Notes under the pieces: generated by a model
What the model was told of the DNA's origin: nothing
What the model saw: only the letters and a program-made list of their open reading frames with translations
Databases searched by the model: none
Program-made: the position numbers and the translations under genes
Virus record (IMG/VR): IMGVR_UViG_3300002068_000001
Strand: one strand, 5' to 3'
DNA from: an uncultured virus (IMG/VR IMGVR_UViG_3300002068_000001)
Lineage: Duplodnaviria > Heunggongvirae > Uroviricota > Caudoviricetes > Crassvirales
Length of the DNA stretch: 64,000 bases
Part shown: in pieces, positions 49,782-59,903 of the stretch
Layout: each line of letters starts with the position of its first letter
Position numbering within the stretch: position 1 is the first letter of the stretch

Positions 49782-50543
49782 TTATATTTCTATAGCATAA
49801 GCGATTTCACTAACCGTTGTTGTAGACGGAATAGTGTTTATATATGTGATTGAACCCATATCAATGTCATCTTTGCAATATTGAATGGTTTTAATCTTTT
49901 TCATAGGTGTATGACCCACTACTTGATGCCAATTAGGAACTATATCTAATACAGTCTCTCTAAAATCAGCCCAAAAGATACCACCTACAAGACAATCCCC
50001 TCCTCTTAATTGACCAACATCAAATACAGCATTGTATATATCCATAGGTTTTTCTGAAACAGATTTGTAATATGCTTCAGCAATTGCATTAGGATGTAGT
50101 TGACCATCTGTAATACCAGCTTGTTGATTAAATTCCTTTAACCATCTTTGAGATATTCCAGCATGAGTAAATAAGAGATTTTCTAAATAGAAAAGAGGTT
50201 GAAATATATCTTGATTAGCTCTTAAAAGATCAGCTATTTCTTTAGTATACTGCACATTTTGTCCAGAACAAGGAAACATACTGTGACCAAACATATAAGA
50301 TAAATCATGATTCCCTATAAGAGTGATTACTTTATCAGGATAATTCCTCTTTAATTGAATAATCTTTTCGAGGTTATCAATTATTTTTGGTGCAGTAATG
50401 ACATATGAATCAACATAATCTCCTAAGAATATGTAGTAGTCAAATTCAGTGTCTAAATTTGGAAATGTACTGAGAATTTCTAAATCGGCTAAATCCCAAA
50501 TTATATCTTCTCCATGTACATCTCCTATAATTAATATTTTCAT
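49782..50543 (-). CDS. Calcineurin-like metallophosphoesterase
   Basis: GDVHG, LGDYVD, GNHD, THAG, GHT. Confidence 0.9.
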   Translation of the reverse strand: MKILIIGDVHGEDIIWDLADLEILSTFPNLDTEFDYYIFLGDYVDSYVITAPKIIDNLEKIIQLKRNYPDKVITLIGNHDLSYMFGHSMFPCSGQNVQYTKEIADLLRANQDIFQPLFYLENLLFTHAGISQRWLKEFNQQAGITDGQLHPNAIAEAYYKSVSEKPMDIYNAVFDVGQLRGGDCLVGGIFWADFRETVLDIVPNWHQVVGHTPMKKIKTIQYCKDDIDMGSITYINTIPSTTTVSEIAYAIEI

Positions 50544-50716
50544 ACTTTGTCTAATCTAATGATTATGATTTCATTCTCATAATGATGTTCAATAGAAACA
50601 ACCACATAGTATGAATCTCTAACAAAAGATACTAAATCCCCTCTCATAGGAACTATTTCTCTTTTTGCGTTTTTGGTTTTAAGCAAATCTTTATTGCAAA
50701 TAAATTGTATACTCAT
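50540..50716 (-). CDS. Small hypothetical protein (58 aa)
   Basis: MSIQFICNKD...IRLDKV; ATGA overlaps at both ends. Confidence 0.6.
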   Translation of the reverse strand: MSIQFICNKDLLKTKNAKREIVPMRGDLVSFVRDSYYVVVSIEHHYENEIIIIRLDKV

Positions 50717-51657
50717 AATTGTCGTTGTATTTCTGTAAATAATTTTTTAGTATTCGGTCCAGTAAGTAGATCCATTCTTTTATTCATAAATGTTGTCCAA
50801 GCATAATGTGTGGCTGTAACAATAGCACGTTCCTCACCAAAATACATCATTACATTCCTATAAGACTGAGGAGTAAATTGTTTATCCTCAATAAGTTTGT
50901 AAATAGCTTGTTCATTCTCATTACGTCTTGTTAAAAAGGAATGAATTACATTAGTTTCTTTAATGTATCTTGAATGTTCTAATTGTTCATCTGTGCTAAA
51001 AGTTTTAAACATTTCATCACTTACTCCAAGATTGTCAGTACATAATTTGTATACATCTCCTGTAGCAGTGTGTCTAAAAACAGTTTTGTCATTTATTTTA
51101 GTTGGTATATAACAACCTGATTCTAAATCAATATATGATGGAATAAGAAATGATATTTGATTATTACTTATTTTCTTACCATAATTGAAATTAAAACTAT
51201 TGCCATGAGTGATTGCAAAAAAAGGACCAAGTTGTTGAAGAGCATATCTACCTAATTTGTCTAAAACAAATTTAACAGTAATCATCTTTTCATGAATGAC
51301 TTGTTGAGAAGTGCTGTATTGTAAATCATTGAAGTAACTGTTCTCATAGATGAAATCATAAGTAGTTGTTACATATAATTTATCATCGTGAATGTCTTCA
51401 TAGATGTCACATTTGTCTTCATCGTTGTACTTATTTGTATAGAATTCAGTCAATGGTAAAATCATATATACTGCTGCATGACGAAGCATGTTGGTATCAT
51501 TAGCTAATTCTAAAGTATCTACTAGTTTCCTACAATCATTTAGTGTTTCAGGTACTTTGATATTGTGTATAAATGCATAACAACTAGCTATGTGTTTATA
51601 TATATCATATTTACCTGATTGTTTAATTACTTCAACAGAAGGTTTTATTAATCTCAT
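50713..51657 (-). CDS. ThyX-like protein, catalytic motif apparently lost
   Basis: MRLIKPSVEVI, MLRHAAVYM, HEKMITVKFVLD, ISFLIP, TPQSYRNVM match the ThyX scaffold; no RHRxxxxxxxS. Confidence 0.6.
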   Translation of the reverse strand: MRLIKPSVEVIKQSGKYDIYKHIASCYAFIHNIKVPETLNDCRKLVDTLELANDTNMLRHAAVYMILPLTEFYTNKYNDEDKCDIYEDIHDDKLYVTTTYDFIYENSYFNDLQYSTSQQVIHEKMITVKFVLDKLGRYALQQLGPFFAITHGNSFNFNYGKKISNNQISFLIPSYIDLESGCYIPTKINDKTVFRHTATGDVYKLCTDNLGVSDEMFKTFSTDEQLEHSRYIKETNVIHSFLTRRNENEQAIYKLIEDKQFTPQSYRNVMMYFGEERAIVTATHYAWTTFMNKRMDLLTGPNTKKLFTEIQRQL

Positions 51658-51703
51658 TTTCTAATATTTTGGTAATTTATTCTAAGAAGTTAATCCTTCT
51701 ATT

Positions 51704-52168
51704 TTAGTATGTGTTTCTGTAATCTTTAGGGATGTAAAAGACTTGGTGTAATTGTTTAATCCGTTTAGGACCAACCATATGACCACCTTTAATTCCTCTC
51801 CACAAGTCTCTCAAGCAAGCTAACCAGATTTTGCATTTAAAATACATAATCTGGATAGATACTTGATAGGGACAAATAATGTCTGGGATGCCATCAAATT
51901 GACCGTTGTAAATAATGCTAGATATATCGGCAATTACAGAAAACCCAGAGGAGAGAGATGTTACAATTGCATCAAATTCAATACTAGACAAGAGTTCTTC
52001 TTTGTCTTGATTGAAGTTTAGATGTGTGTTTTTGTCTCCAAGAGAACGTCTTATGGCATCACGACTAACTACAACCCATTTAGATGGATTCTTTTTAGCA
52101 GTTTTATAGGCATAATGACTTTTTCCTGTTCCTGGAGGGCCAACTAGAATTACTAATTGTGTGCGCAT
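51704..52168 (-). CDS. P-loop kinase (polynucleotide kinase/AAA_33-like)
   Basis: GPPGTGKS; VSRDAIRR. Confidence 0.8.
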   Translation of the reverse strand: MRTQLVILVGPPGTGKSHYAYKTAKKNPSKWVVVSRDAIRRSLGDKNTHLNFNQDKEELLSSIEFDAIVTSLSSGFSVIADISSIIYNGQFDGIPDIICPYQVSIQIMYFKCKIWLACLRDLWRGIKGGHMVGPKRIKQLHQVFYIPKDYRNTY

Positions 52169-52172
52169 TTAT

Positions 52173-52466
52173 TTATTTTTTATTTACTACATTTTGATAA
52201 CTATAGAAGAGACAATTGGCCATAATGTGCCCAACATGGTTTATTCCAGATTCTTCATCTATTTCTTCCCCATCAAATAATTTGGCGAGGTGGCGTTGCA
52301 TAGATTCAAGGATTTCTTTTGAGTCTAACCCCTTTTGCCAATCCCAAGGACCATATTTTTGAGCACCCATTTCTAGGACTCGAACCATAGGGACTAAGGA
52401 ATCAAAATGGACATAACTCCACTTTGGTTTACCCTCGTTGTATCTTTTAGCTTTTTCTTCAGACAT
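52173..52466 (-). CDS. dATP/dGTP diphosphohydrolase (DUF5664-like)
   Basis: RYNEGKPKW...GAQKYGPWDWQKG...SMQRH...DEESGINHVGH. Confidence 0.85.
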   Translation of the reverse strand: MSEEKAKRYNEGKPKWSYVHFDSLVPMVRVLEMGAQKYGPWDWQKGLDSKEILESMQRHLAKLFDGEEIDEESGINHVGHIMANCLFYSYQNVVNKK

Positions 52467-52477
52467 ATTTATTTAAT

Positions 52478-54535
52478 TTAATGTACCCAATGTTTTGCAA
52501 CTTCAGGTACAGCTCTTAATTTTACAGATTTACAGAAAATATCACCAGCACTATTCATTGCATCTTTTAAAGCAATACTTTCTTGTTCAATTAACTCATC
52601 TGGAACTTCTACTAAATACTCATCATGGACACAATTTGGTATCCACACGGTGAATAATAGATTATTTTTAATCAAATGGTTGAAATATTTAATTCCTGCA
52701 ATTTTAGTGACGATGGCACTAGTACCTTGTACTGGGGCATTTAGAGAATTTCTCTCATAACCACTTTTAGACTTAAAGAATCTGCTGACTCTCTGCATGA
52801 TTTGTGGTTTATTCTCTACGTCTGCCCCACTTTCCATCCAAAGTTTTTTAATTGGTTTATATTGGTCCCAAAATTCACTATTAAACGCAGTTTCTTCTTC
52901 CTTTAATTCATCCCAATGGGGGATAAACATTTTATGTCCCGTTAGTGGAGAAATGAGAATATACCCATTATCCCACATTTGTTTTTTAACTGCCTTAAAA
53001 TAAACATCAATATTACTAAATCCTTGTAAATAGGATTTTTCAATGGCATATCCTTGTGCTTCAGGAAGGGCTAAATTCTTAGCAATGGTTGAACCATTAC
53101 CACCATAGTGAATTGAAAATTTAGCCTTTTTTGCTAAAGCCCTTAAATCAGGTCTTTTAGATTTGACATCTTCTTCTTCTACATCCTTTAATTCTTCAGG
53201 AAAACAAATTTTAGCAGTAAAACTATGGCCATCTCTTTTTCGAGTGGTTTCATTATAGAAATCAATTAACTTTGGTTCTTGAGACAATTCTGTAAAAACA
53301 AAATCTTCTTGGGCTGTGTAATCACAATCTATAAGACTGTATTCTTCTTCCGCCACAAAACAACTTCTAGTAATTTCATCGGAGGGTAAGTTTTGAATGT
53401 TTACATATTCTTCTCTGGTACTTTTGTTTTTACCCCCACAACTTAATCTACCTGTATCCATTAATTGATTGAACTGAGTATGAATACGTTGTGTTACAGG
53501 ATTAATTTGATGTAGAAAGGTTTGACCATAAGTACTGACCAATTTGGCTTGACTAGTATACTCTAAATAGGGGACTAAAATGGTAGATACCTCTTTTTGT
53601 AAATCTAAGACTTTGGCTTCTACTGATTTTTTTCGCAAACCTGTATTTTTATCTTTTGTCCATAAATTAAAACCTAAATGTTCAAAAAGAGGTATTAATT
53701 GTTGAGATGAATTCCAATTGATATTACAAATGGGAGTGTTATTAAATCCTGTAAATAAATCACCTTGATTGTCTACTTGGACATATTTTAAGAAAAATCT
53801 ATCATGATTACTATTAGTAATAATCCAATTATTTAAATGATCTAAAGCCACTTTTAATGCTTCTTGATCTTTGGCCATTTTGGTCAGCCATTTATTCCTA
53901 TCTAATTTTATACCGCTATATTCGATATAAGCAAGTACTTTTACAAATTCATTTTCAATTTGCAAAGCTCTTAATAAGTCATGCTCTTTTAGTTTCTCTT
54001 CTTGGAATTCTTTGATTTTTTCTAAGTATTTAACGTCTGTACAACCATAAACAATAATTCTCTCCGTCAAATCCTTATAGATGATTTCTCCTCGAACAGA
54101 TTTATCTAAATAAACATTCATATAGGTTTGTACAACAGATTGTAGACTCATAGAATGAGTTCCTGGTTTGTATCCTTGATACAAGAGTTTTTCTGCTAAA
54201 TACCCATCATATACACAAAAAGGTACAATGCCTTTTCTATATAAGAATTTCAAATCAAATTTTGCATTCCAAAATAAGAATAACTTTGTAGTGTCTTCTA
54301 ATAAAGGTTTATATAATAAAATATCTATAGTACTACAGTCAATCATGATTTGGAAATCATAACAGCCTAATTGAAGTGTTTTTAATGCTTTTGTAAACAC
54401 ATCAAAGCCATCTGTTTCTGTATCCACCCCTATAATTTTTAGGGGGGATAACAGATTCAGAGATTCTTCAACTGTTATACAAGTGTATGCATCTGATTCA
54501 AATAGACGTTGTTGACTTGTAACTAAATATTTCAT
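52478..54535 (-). CDS. polA: Family A DNA polymerase with 3'-5' exonuclease
   Basis: DTET, NAKFD, TGRLS, NIQNLP, DYTAQE, RALAKKAKFSIHYG, NAPVQG, VHDE. Confidence 0.95.
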   Translation of the reverse strand: MKYLVTSQQRLFESDAYTCITVEESLNLLSPLKIIGVDTETDGFDVFTKALKTLQLGCYDFQIMIDCSTIDILLYKPLLEDTTKLFLFWNAKFDLKFLYRKGIVPFCVYDGYLAEKLLYQGYKPGTHSMSLQSVVQTYMNVYLDKSVRGEIIYKDLTERIIVYGCTDVKYLEKIKEFQEEKLKEHDLLRALQIENEFVKVLAYIEYSGIKLDRNKWLTKMAKDQEALKVALDHLNNWIITNSNHDRFFLKYVQVDNQGDLFTGFNNTPICNINWNSSQQLIPLFEHLGFNLWTKDKNTGLRKKSVEAKVLDLQKEVSTILVPYLEYTSQAKLVSTYGQTFLHQINPVTQRIHTQFNQLMDTGRLSCGGKNKSTREEYVNIQNLPSDEITRSCFVAEEEYSLIDCDYTAQEDFVFTELSQEPKLIDFYNETTRKRDGHSFTAKICFPEELKDVEEEDVKSKRPDLRALAKKAKFSIHYGGNGSTIAKNLALPEAQGYAIEKSYLQGFSNIDVYFKAVKKQMWDNGYILISPLTGHKMFIPHWDELKEEETAFNSEFWDQYKPIKKLWMESGADVENKPQIMQRVSRFFKSKSGYERNSLNAPVQGTSAIVTKIAGIKYFNHLIKNNLLFTVWIPNCVHDEYLVEVPDELIEQESIALKDAMNSAGDIFCKSVKLRAVPEVAKHWVH

Positions 54536-54802
54536 TTATTCAAAAGTTATAAGATAACCTACATCATAAGAATGAGTAATGTCTTTAATAACTCTTCCTT
54601 CTACAACACTTCCTTTTTGTAAAAATGGTCCTCCATCTGGATCAATCCAAAATGACCCATCTTCTAAGTAACCACATCTAATTGATTGTGCGTCTGTTAC
54701 AAATTTATAGGTATTTTCATTGTCAGAATTGAGGGGAATCATTTGTTTCAACACAGAATTAACTGTAGAATATCTTGATTTTAATTTAATTATTTCACCC
54801 AT
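54536..54802 (-). CDS. Hypothetical protein
   Basis: ORF in operon; IDPDGGPFL motif. Confidence 0.7.
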   Translation of the reverse strand: MGEIIKLKSRYSTVNSVLKQMIPLNSDNENTYKFVTDAQSIRCGYLEDGSFWIDPDGGPFLQKGSVVEGRVIKDITHSYDVGYLITFE

Positions 54803-55344
54803 ACGATTAGTTTATCGAAGTCGAGACTCCATTGATTTTCTTTAAAGAATTTACTACCTAAAATACCATCAATTACAAGTCCAGTTCTTTTACTAAGTAG
54901 ACCAACAGCTTCACTCATATTTAAAATGTCAAATTCTTGAGTGAATTTTAACTTTTGATATGAGAAATTTAAATTAGCTACTCCTACTTGTTCCATAGAA
55001 CCACTACCGACAGTGATGTGTTCTTCTGCTTTTACTACTTTTATAGTTTGATCTTTATTAATTTTATTAAAGACGGATTCATTTAAAATGTTGATATTTG
55101 CTCCACTATCTAACAATAGATTGCACATTCTGCCTTCTACATTTAATTTAATAATTGGGAGTTCTGAATTCTTTTTTAAATAATTGTCTTTAAAAGATAT
55201 GGTATCTTGGAAAAGATTTGTATCTTTCTTGACTAAGCCAAGATGATACTTAAATTCTTCTTTCATTACCTTAGTGAGATGATTAGTTAGGAATTTACCA
55301 TATACGCCTATAAGGATTACCATAACTATTATATATCCTATCAT
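54790..55344 (-). CDS. Membrane-anchored retropepsin-like aspartyl protease
   Basis: N-terminal TM; LLDSGA; DGILG. Confidence 0.85.
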   Translation of the reverse strand: MIGYIIVMVILIGVYGKFLTNHLTKVMKEEFKYHLGLVKKDTNLFQDTISFKDNYLKKNSELPIIKLNVEGRMCNLLLDSGANINILNESVFNKINKDQTIKVVKAEEHITVGSGSMEQVGVANLNFSYQKLKFTQEFDILNMSEAVGLLSKRTGLVIDGILGSKFFKENQWSLDFDKLIVWVK

Positions 55345-55346
55345 TT

Positions 55347-57926
55347 TTAAATTGTTTTATGTTTATACATTAAGAAACAAGCACTGTACAAACAAGATTC
55401 ACATTTAGTGCACCCGTTCTCATGCTTGAGGGGTTGCCCACATTTGGGGCAAAGATCTCTACTGTATTCTTTTGGAGCATATTTAGCCAATACTCTACAC
55501 ATTGCTGAACTAAAGGAGCTAATGTTGTCATTAACTTTTTTAGCTGTTTTGATAATGTGGTTTATTTCAGCACCTTCTCGAAGAAGCATTGATGTATATA
55601 GGGTACAAGCTTTTTCTTCCACCTTTTCAGCAGCCAATTGAAGATTAAATGCAGAGTAATGAGGGGATACAAAATTGTAGACACCTCTTTTTACTTTAAT
55701 CACATGACCTTCACAAGCTTCTTCATTGGTTTCTAATTCATATGCAAATACTTCATATGGTTTATCTTCAAGAAATCCTACAATGACTGCATAGTTAATT
55801 CCCTTTGATTTAACAGGAGTTAATTTAGCTGACAACACTTTAGGTCTCTCAGGTGCTCTACGCCCATCTGTGGCCTTCCAAACGTCTTTATTTGACTCAT
55901 TAGACACCATTATACCCTCTCTTGAACCATCAACATAGACAGTAATACCTTTTAACTTTTTTTCATTAGCGTATCGGTATAATTGATCTACTTCTTCTAC
56001 TTTTGTACCTTTCGGCATATTTATTGTCGAACTTATGGAGTGCGAAACATAGACTTGAACTAATGATTGCAGATCAATTCGCTGTTTCCAATTAATGTCA
56101 TTTGCAGTATTTCCAAAATAAGGAGATTGTTTGTAAACTCCAATCCAATCGTCTTCAGTGAATTTAGCAATGACTTCTTTTAGATATCCAAGACTATTAG
56201 CAGCAAAATCAGCTAATTTGGGATGGACTACTAAGTATTCCTTAAAGAGTTGCCCATCTTCAGCTTTAAAATCATATGCACCCCCCTCTACCTTTACTCG
56301 TCTCTTGTAAATTGCATTGAATAAAGGCTCGATTCCTGAGGATGTTTGCGACATTAAACTTGTCGTACCAGCAGGGGCAACAGTTGAAATTGAAATGTTC
56401 CTCCGACCGTATTCACGCATTCTACTTGTTTGTTCTGGAAAAGCATTTTTAATGAATTCATAGAAATCATTTGTACCTTCAATACGAGTACTATTAAATT
56501 CATGAAATGGTTGATATTCTAATTTATCGTTCCATTCAGCAAAAGACCCTCTCAAAATAGACAAGTCAATTGATGCATCTAATTCAGCTCTCATTTTGGT
56601 ATGTAAAACCGATTGAATCAAATCCATAGATTGTTCAGAACCATAAGATAAATTCATAGCTGCAATCATATCTCCAAGAGCTGTAAATCCATTTCCTACT
56701 CGTCTACCATTTCTACCATTTGCACTTATTTGATCCCAAAGTTTAAATTCTTCAGAATCTTCATTTCCAATTTTAGCCAAAATCCTATCAATTGCTTCAA
56801 TTTCTAAATCCACTAAATCATCTGATAGAACTAATTGTTCATATGAGACTTCGTAGAGTTTGTCATAGTCTATTGTTGGATTTTTACCAAATGGTGTTTT
56901 AACAAATGAGTACAAATTAATTGCACTTAGTCGGCAAGAATCCTTTGGACCCATGAAGATTTCTCCACATGGATTAGTTGTAACTGGCTTATACTCAGGG
57001 TATACTGCTGCTGGGTCGTATTCGAGATGGTTGTCTTCAAATATAATTCCAGGTTCTGCATCTGAATGAGCGTGTTGAATGAGACTATTCCAGAGTTCTT
57101 TGGCTTTGACTTTTTTCAAATAGATTGGAAATGAACCGTTTTCTCCGCCAGCATACATTAATGATTGCTCATATAATTTATTATACTCGATCAATTCGCT
57201 GAATTCCCAGTCTGGAATGTCTATAGGAAACCTTAATACATAATCCTCATCCTTAGCCACTGCTTCCATAAAATCCTTGCCAATTTTGACAGAGATGTTA
57301 GCTGCAGTAGTTTTGGTTTTATCAGATTTGCATTTGATGAAATCGGGGGAATCAGGGTGTCTGATATCTAATGAAATCATTGCTGCAGCCCTTCTACCAT
57401 CTTGACCAATTGTTTTTGTAGTTGCACTGTATACTTCTATAAAGGATACTGGACCACTACTTGAATTGGCTGCATTCTTAACTCCAGCTCCACTAGGACG
57501 AAGGAGTGATAAGTCGAGTCCAACTCCACCTCTACGTTTGAAGAGTTGAGCTGAATCACGGGCATAGTTGAAAATGGATTCAATGTTGTCCTTGGGTTGA
57601 CCTAATACGAAGCAATTACTTAAACTGGTTGGGGTGTTTTTGCCTAAATTAGCCATTACAGAACCTGCAGGGATAATGTATTTGAAGTCTTTGAAGTAAT
57701 TATAAATACTTTTTTCACTCAATACCCATCTTTTGCTACCATAAGGACTTAAATTATTAGGCATTTCACCTCCAGCGTATTTTTCTTCTATTCGAGCATA
57801 TTCCTTAGCCAAACGCCTATGCATGTCGTCAGGTGTGACTTCTGTATCCTGTAAAGCATACTTATTCCACCACACTTCTGCAGCCATTGTATCTCCATTG
57901 AAATAATTCAATAGTTCTTGTGTCAT
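55347..57926 (-). CDS. nrdJ: Class II (B12-dependent) ribonucleotide reductase
   Basis: SLSNCFV, TNPCGE, VAPAGT, C-terminal Zn ribbon CPKC...CESC; no beta subunit adjacent. Confidence 0.9.
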   Translation of the reverse strand: MTQELLNYFNGDTMAAEVWWNKYALQDTEVTPDDMHRRLAKEYARIEEKYAGGEMPNNLSPYGSKRWVLSEKSIYNYFKDFKYIIPAGSVMANLGKNTPTSLSNCFVLGQPKDNIESIFNYARDSAQLFKRRGGVGLDLSLLRPSGAGVKNAANSSSGPVSFIEVYSATTKTIGQDGRRAAAMISLDIRHPDSPDFIKCKSDKTKTTAANISVKIGKDFMEAVAKDEDYVLRFPIDIPDWEFSELIEYNKLYEQSLMYAGGENGSFPIYLKKVKAKELWNSLIQHAHSDAEPGIIFEDNHLEYDPAAVYPEYKPVTTNPCGEIFMGPKDSCRLSAINLYSFVKTPFGKNPTIDYDKLYEVSYEQLVLSDDLVDLEIEAIDRILAKIGNEDSEEFKLWDQISANGRNGRRVGNGFTALGDMIAAMNLSYGSEQSMDLIQSVLHTKMRAELDASIDLSILRGSFAEWNDKLEYQPFHEFNSTRIEGTNDFYEFIKNAFPEQTSRMREYGRRNISISTVAPAGTTSLMSQTSSGIEPLFNAIYKRRVKVEGGAYDFKAEDGQLFKEYLVVHPKLADFAANSLGYLKEVIAKFTEDDWIGVYKQSPYFGNTANDINWKQRIDLQSLVQVYVSHSISSTINMPKGTKVEEVDQLYRYANEKKLKGITVYVDGSREGIMVSNESNKDVWKATDGRRAPERPKVLSAKLTPVKSKGINYAVIVGFLEDKPYEVFAYELETNEEACEGHVIKVKRGVYNFVSPHYSAFNLQLAAEKVEEKACTLYTSMLLREGAEINHIIKTAKKVNDNISSFSSAMCRVLAKYAPKEYSRDLCPKCGQPLKHENGCTKCESCLYSACFLMYKHKTI

Positions 57927-58966
57927 TGTATAATTTTTATACTGTTTAGTACTCTTACTCCATTATTCATCATTGAATCATATGAGTAGTTGTAAATACC
58001 GCTATCTAAATGCCATTTAAGCTCCTTTGCGAGGGTTTTCCAATGCTTATGGCGAATTCCATTCATGTCTAATCTATCTCCTGTAATCAAGTTATTGTGG
58101 TCTACCCAAATTAGGGGTGACTTGTTGTAACGATTAATACATACAAATTCAAATGAGTAAATTGTGAAATCTTTGAAGTATTCATCTTCAGAGATTAATT
58201 TCTCAAGAATTTGGGAGTACATATTACTTTGTATCCAATAGGACCAAGTTACGAAGGATTCATCAAAATGCTCTTCTGGCTTGCCTGTAGTTTTTAAATC
58301 AATTGGATAAATGATTTTTCTGTTGTGATCTACTATAATTCTATCAAACATACATCTGACTTCTAATCCATCAAATGAAGTTTTAAATTTCAATTGAAAA
58401 TGAGCTTCGATGTCTGGTTCAAATGGATTGTCATAGAAGAGATCTTTGGTAAATTTGTGAATTTTGAGTGTTTCAATATTTGATTGAGCTAATGCATAAT
58501 CAGCATCTGAAACAATCATTTTATTTCCTGCTAAAGCTAATTGTTTGAAATAAGTGGAACCTTCTCCTATGATTTTATCTAAGCGAGTGGCTTCTTTCCA
58601 AAACATTCCATAACTTAAAACATTAGCTGCTTGTAAAAGTGTTTCTTGTGGAAATTGTGTTAAATTTTTAATTGATTTATCACTTTGCTCCCAAACTAAG
58701 TTGGCAATTGAAGCAATTGCTTCAGATGGTTTACTTATTTGAGCAATATAGAACTTGTCTTCCATTTCTTCAGGAGCAGTCATTAATGTATCTACGAGAG
58801 ATCCAAATCTAAGTGGTTCAGAAGTCTTTTTGTCTCGTAGAGTAGGAATACATTTAGCACCTTCTCTTTCAAAAGTGGCTAATGTGGAATAAGAAAGAGC
58901 TGGGGATGCCCTATAAGTGTCTTCAGGTACATCCCAAGCCAATTCTTTAATGCTTTTTTTAATCAT
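57923..58966 (-). CDS. PD-(D/E)xK exonuclease (RecE/ExoVIII-like)
   Basis: LSYSTL, FGSLVD, RCMFDRI...IDLKTT, YWIQSNMY. Confidence 0.8.
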   Translation of the reverse strand: MIKKSIKELAWDVPEDTYRASPALSYSTLATFEREGAKCIPTLRDKKTSEPLRFGSLVDTLMTAPEEMEDKFYIAQISKPSEAIASIANLVWEQSDKSIKNLTQFPQETLLQAANVLSYGMFWKEATRLDKIIGEGSTYFKQLALAGNKMIVSDADYALAQSNIETLKIHKFTKDLFYDNPFEPDIEAHFQLKFKTSFDGLEVRCMFDRIIVDHNRKIIYPIDLKTTGKPEEHFDESFVTWSYWIQSNMYSQILEKLISEDEYFKDFTIYSFEFVCINRYNKSPLIWVDHNNLITGDRLDMNGIRHKHWKTLAKELKWHLDSGIYNYSYDSMMNNGVRVLNSIKIIQ

Positions 58967-59234
58967 TTTTATTTATATTAGATTCATATTCAAAATAGAG
59001 TTGATCTAAATATTTCATTAAATAAGTTTGCAATAGTAAAATTGATTCCTTATCTAAGTGTAAATAAATTTGATTATGATCGTAGTCTTCTGCTTTCTCT
59101 GAGAGAATAATTACAGAATTGACTAAATCTAAAGCATCATCAAAATTTCTTTCTTTAATAAACTTTTCAAAATGAGGTCTATCCTTTTCGGGTAGTTTCT
59201 CACCAAGATTAATTATATCTTTTAATAAACTCAT
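58959..59234 (-). CDS. Hypothetical protein
   Basis: ORF overlapping neighbours. Confidence 0.65.
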   Translation of the reverse strand: MSLLKDIINLGEKLPEKDRPHFEKFIKERNFDDALDLVNSVIILSEKAEDYDHNQIYLHLDKESILLLQTYLMKYLDQLYFEYESNINKND

Positions 59235-59746
59235 AACGCTAATATTGTGTTAATACTTGTTTGTATTTGTCCTATATTATGAGGTTCAAAGAACATATAA
59301 TACTCATCTGATTCAGCAGCGAGTTCTTCTAATTTTCTTAAAAACATCTTTTTCTTTAAAGGATATACATCATTAGGATGTCCTTTAGTATCAAAATAGA
59401 TATGAATGTTTTTGTAGAGGATATAAAAATCTGGTGTGTAACTTATTCCCATTAAATCCCTTGGATATGGACCATACTTCTTTAGTTTTTTCTCCTTATA
59501 AGGGCAAAAGTATTGCACTCTGTCAAGGATTAGCTTATCAATAAGCTTAAATTTGTGTGGTTCATATAAGGGTTCAAAGCCAGCTATGATAAGTCGCTTA
59601 TAGCAACTTACTTCTAGCTTACTTCTAAAAGATATACCATCGTAAATGGTTGCTCTTGTATTTCTAACTTTTTGATTGTCTAATTGATTATCAGACTCTT
59701 CTTCTAGATTCATAATATTTTTTGAATTCATCAGTTTGTTTATCAA
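59231..59746 (-). CDS. Endonuclease/resolvase-like protein (DUF1064/T7 endo I-like)
   Basis: YDGISFRSKLE, YTPDF, DTKG. Confidence 0.75.
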   Translation of the reverse strand: MINKLMNSKNIMNLEEESDNQLDNQKVRNTRATIYDGISFRSKLEVSCYKRLIIAGFEPLYEPHKFKLIDKLILDRVQYFCPYKEKKLKKYGPYPRDLMGISYTPDFYILYKNIHIYFDTKGHPNDVYPLKKKMFLRKLEELAAESDEYYMFFEPHNIGQIQTSINTILAL

Positions 59747-59903
59747 GATAGTTCATTAAATCTTTATAATTATCAGGATGTGTTCCAAAATCATTATGAT
59801 AATCCATTAAACATTTAAAAATTGGATAATCGGGATTAATTTTAGTTAATTTTTTATCAATTTTTATATTTTCTGATTCCATACCAATCGATTGTCTCCC
59901 CAT
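59691..59903 (-). CDS. Hypothetical protein
   Basis: Short ORF bridging two genes. Confidence 0.45.
   Translation of the reverse strand: MGRQSIGMESENIKIDKKLTKINPDYPIFKCLMDYHNDFGTHPDNYKDLMNYLDKQTDEFKKYYESRRRV

Noticed and set aside
52797..55641. Plus-strand ORFs 52797-53003 and 55408-55641
   Set aside because: Antisense to PolA and RNR, no motifs
52478..57926. Inteins or introns in PolA, RNR (and TerL)
   Set aside because: Lengths and motif spacing look normal; no intein splice motifs or LAGLIDADG blocks seen
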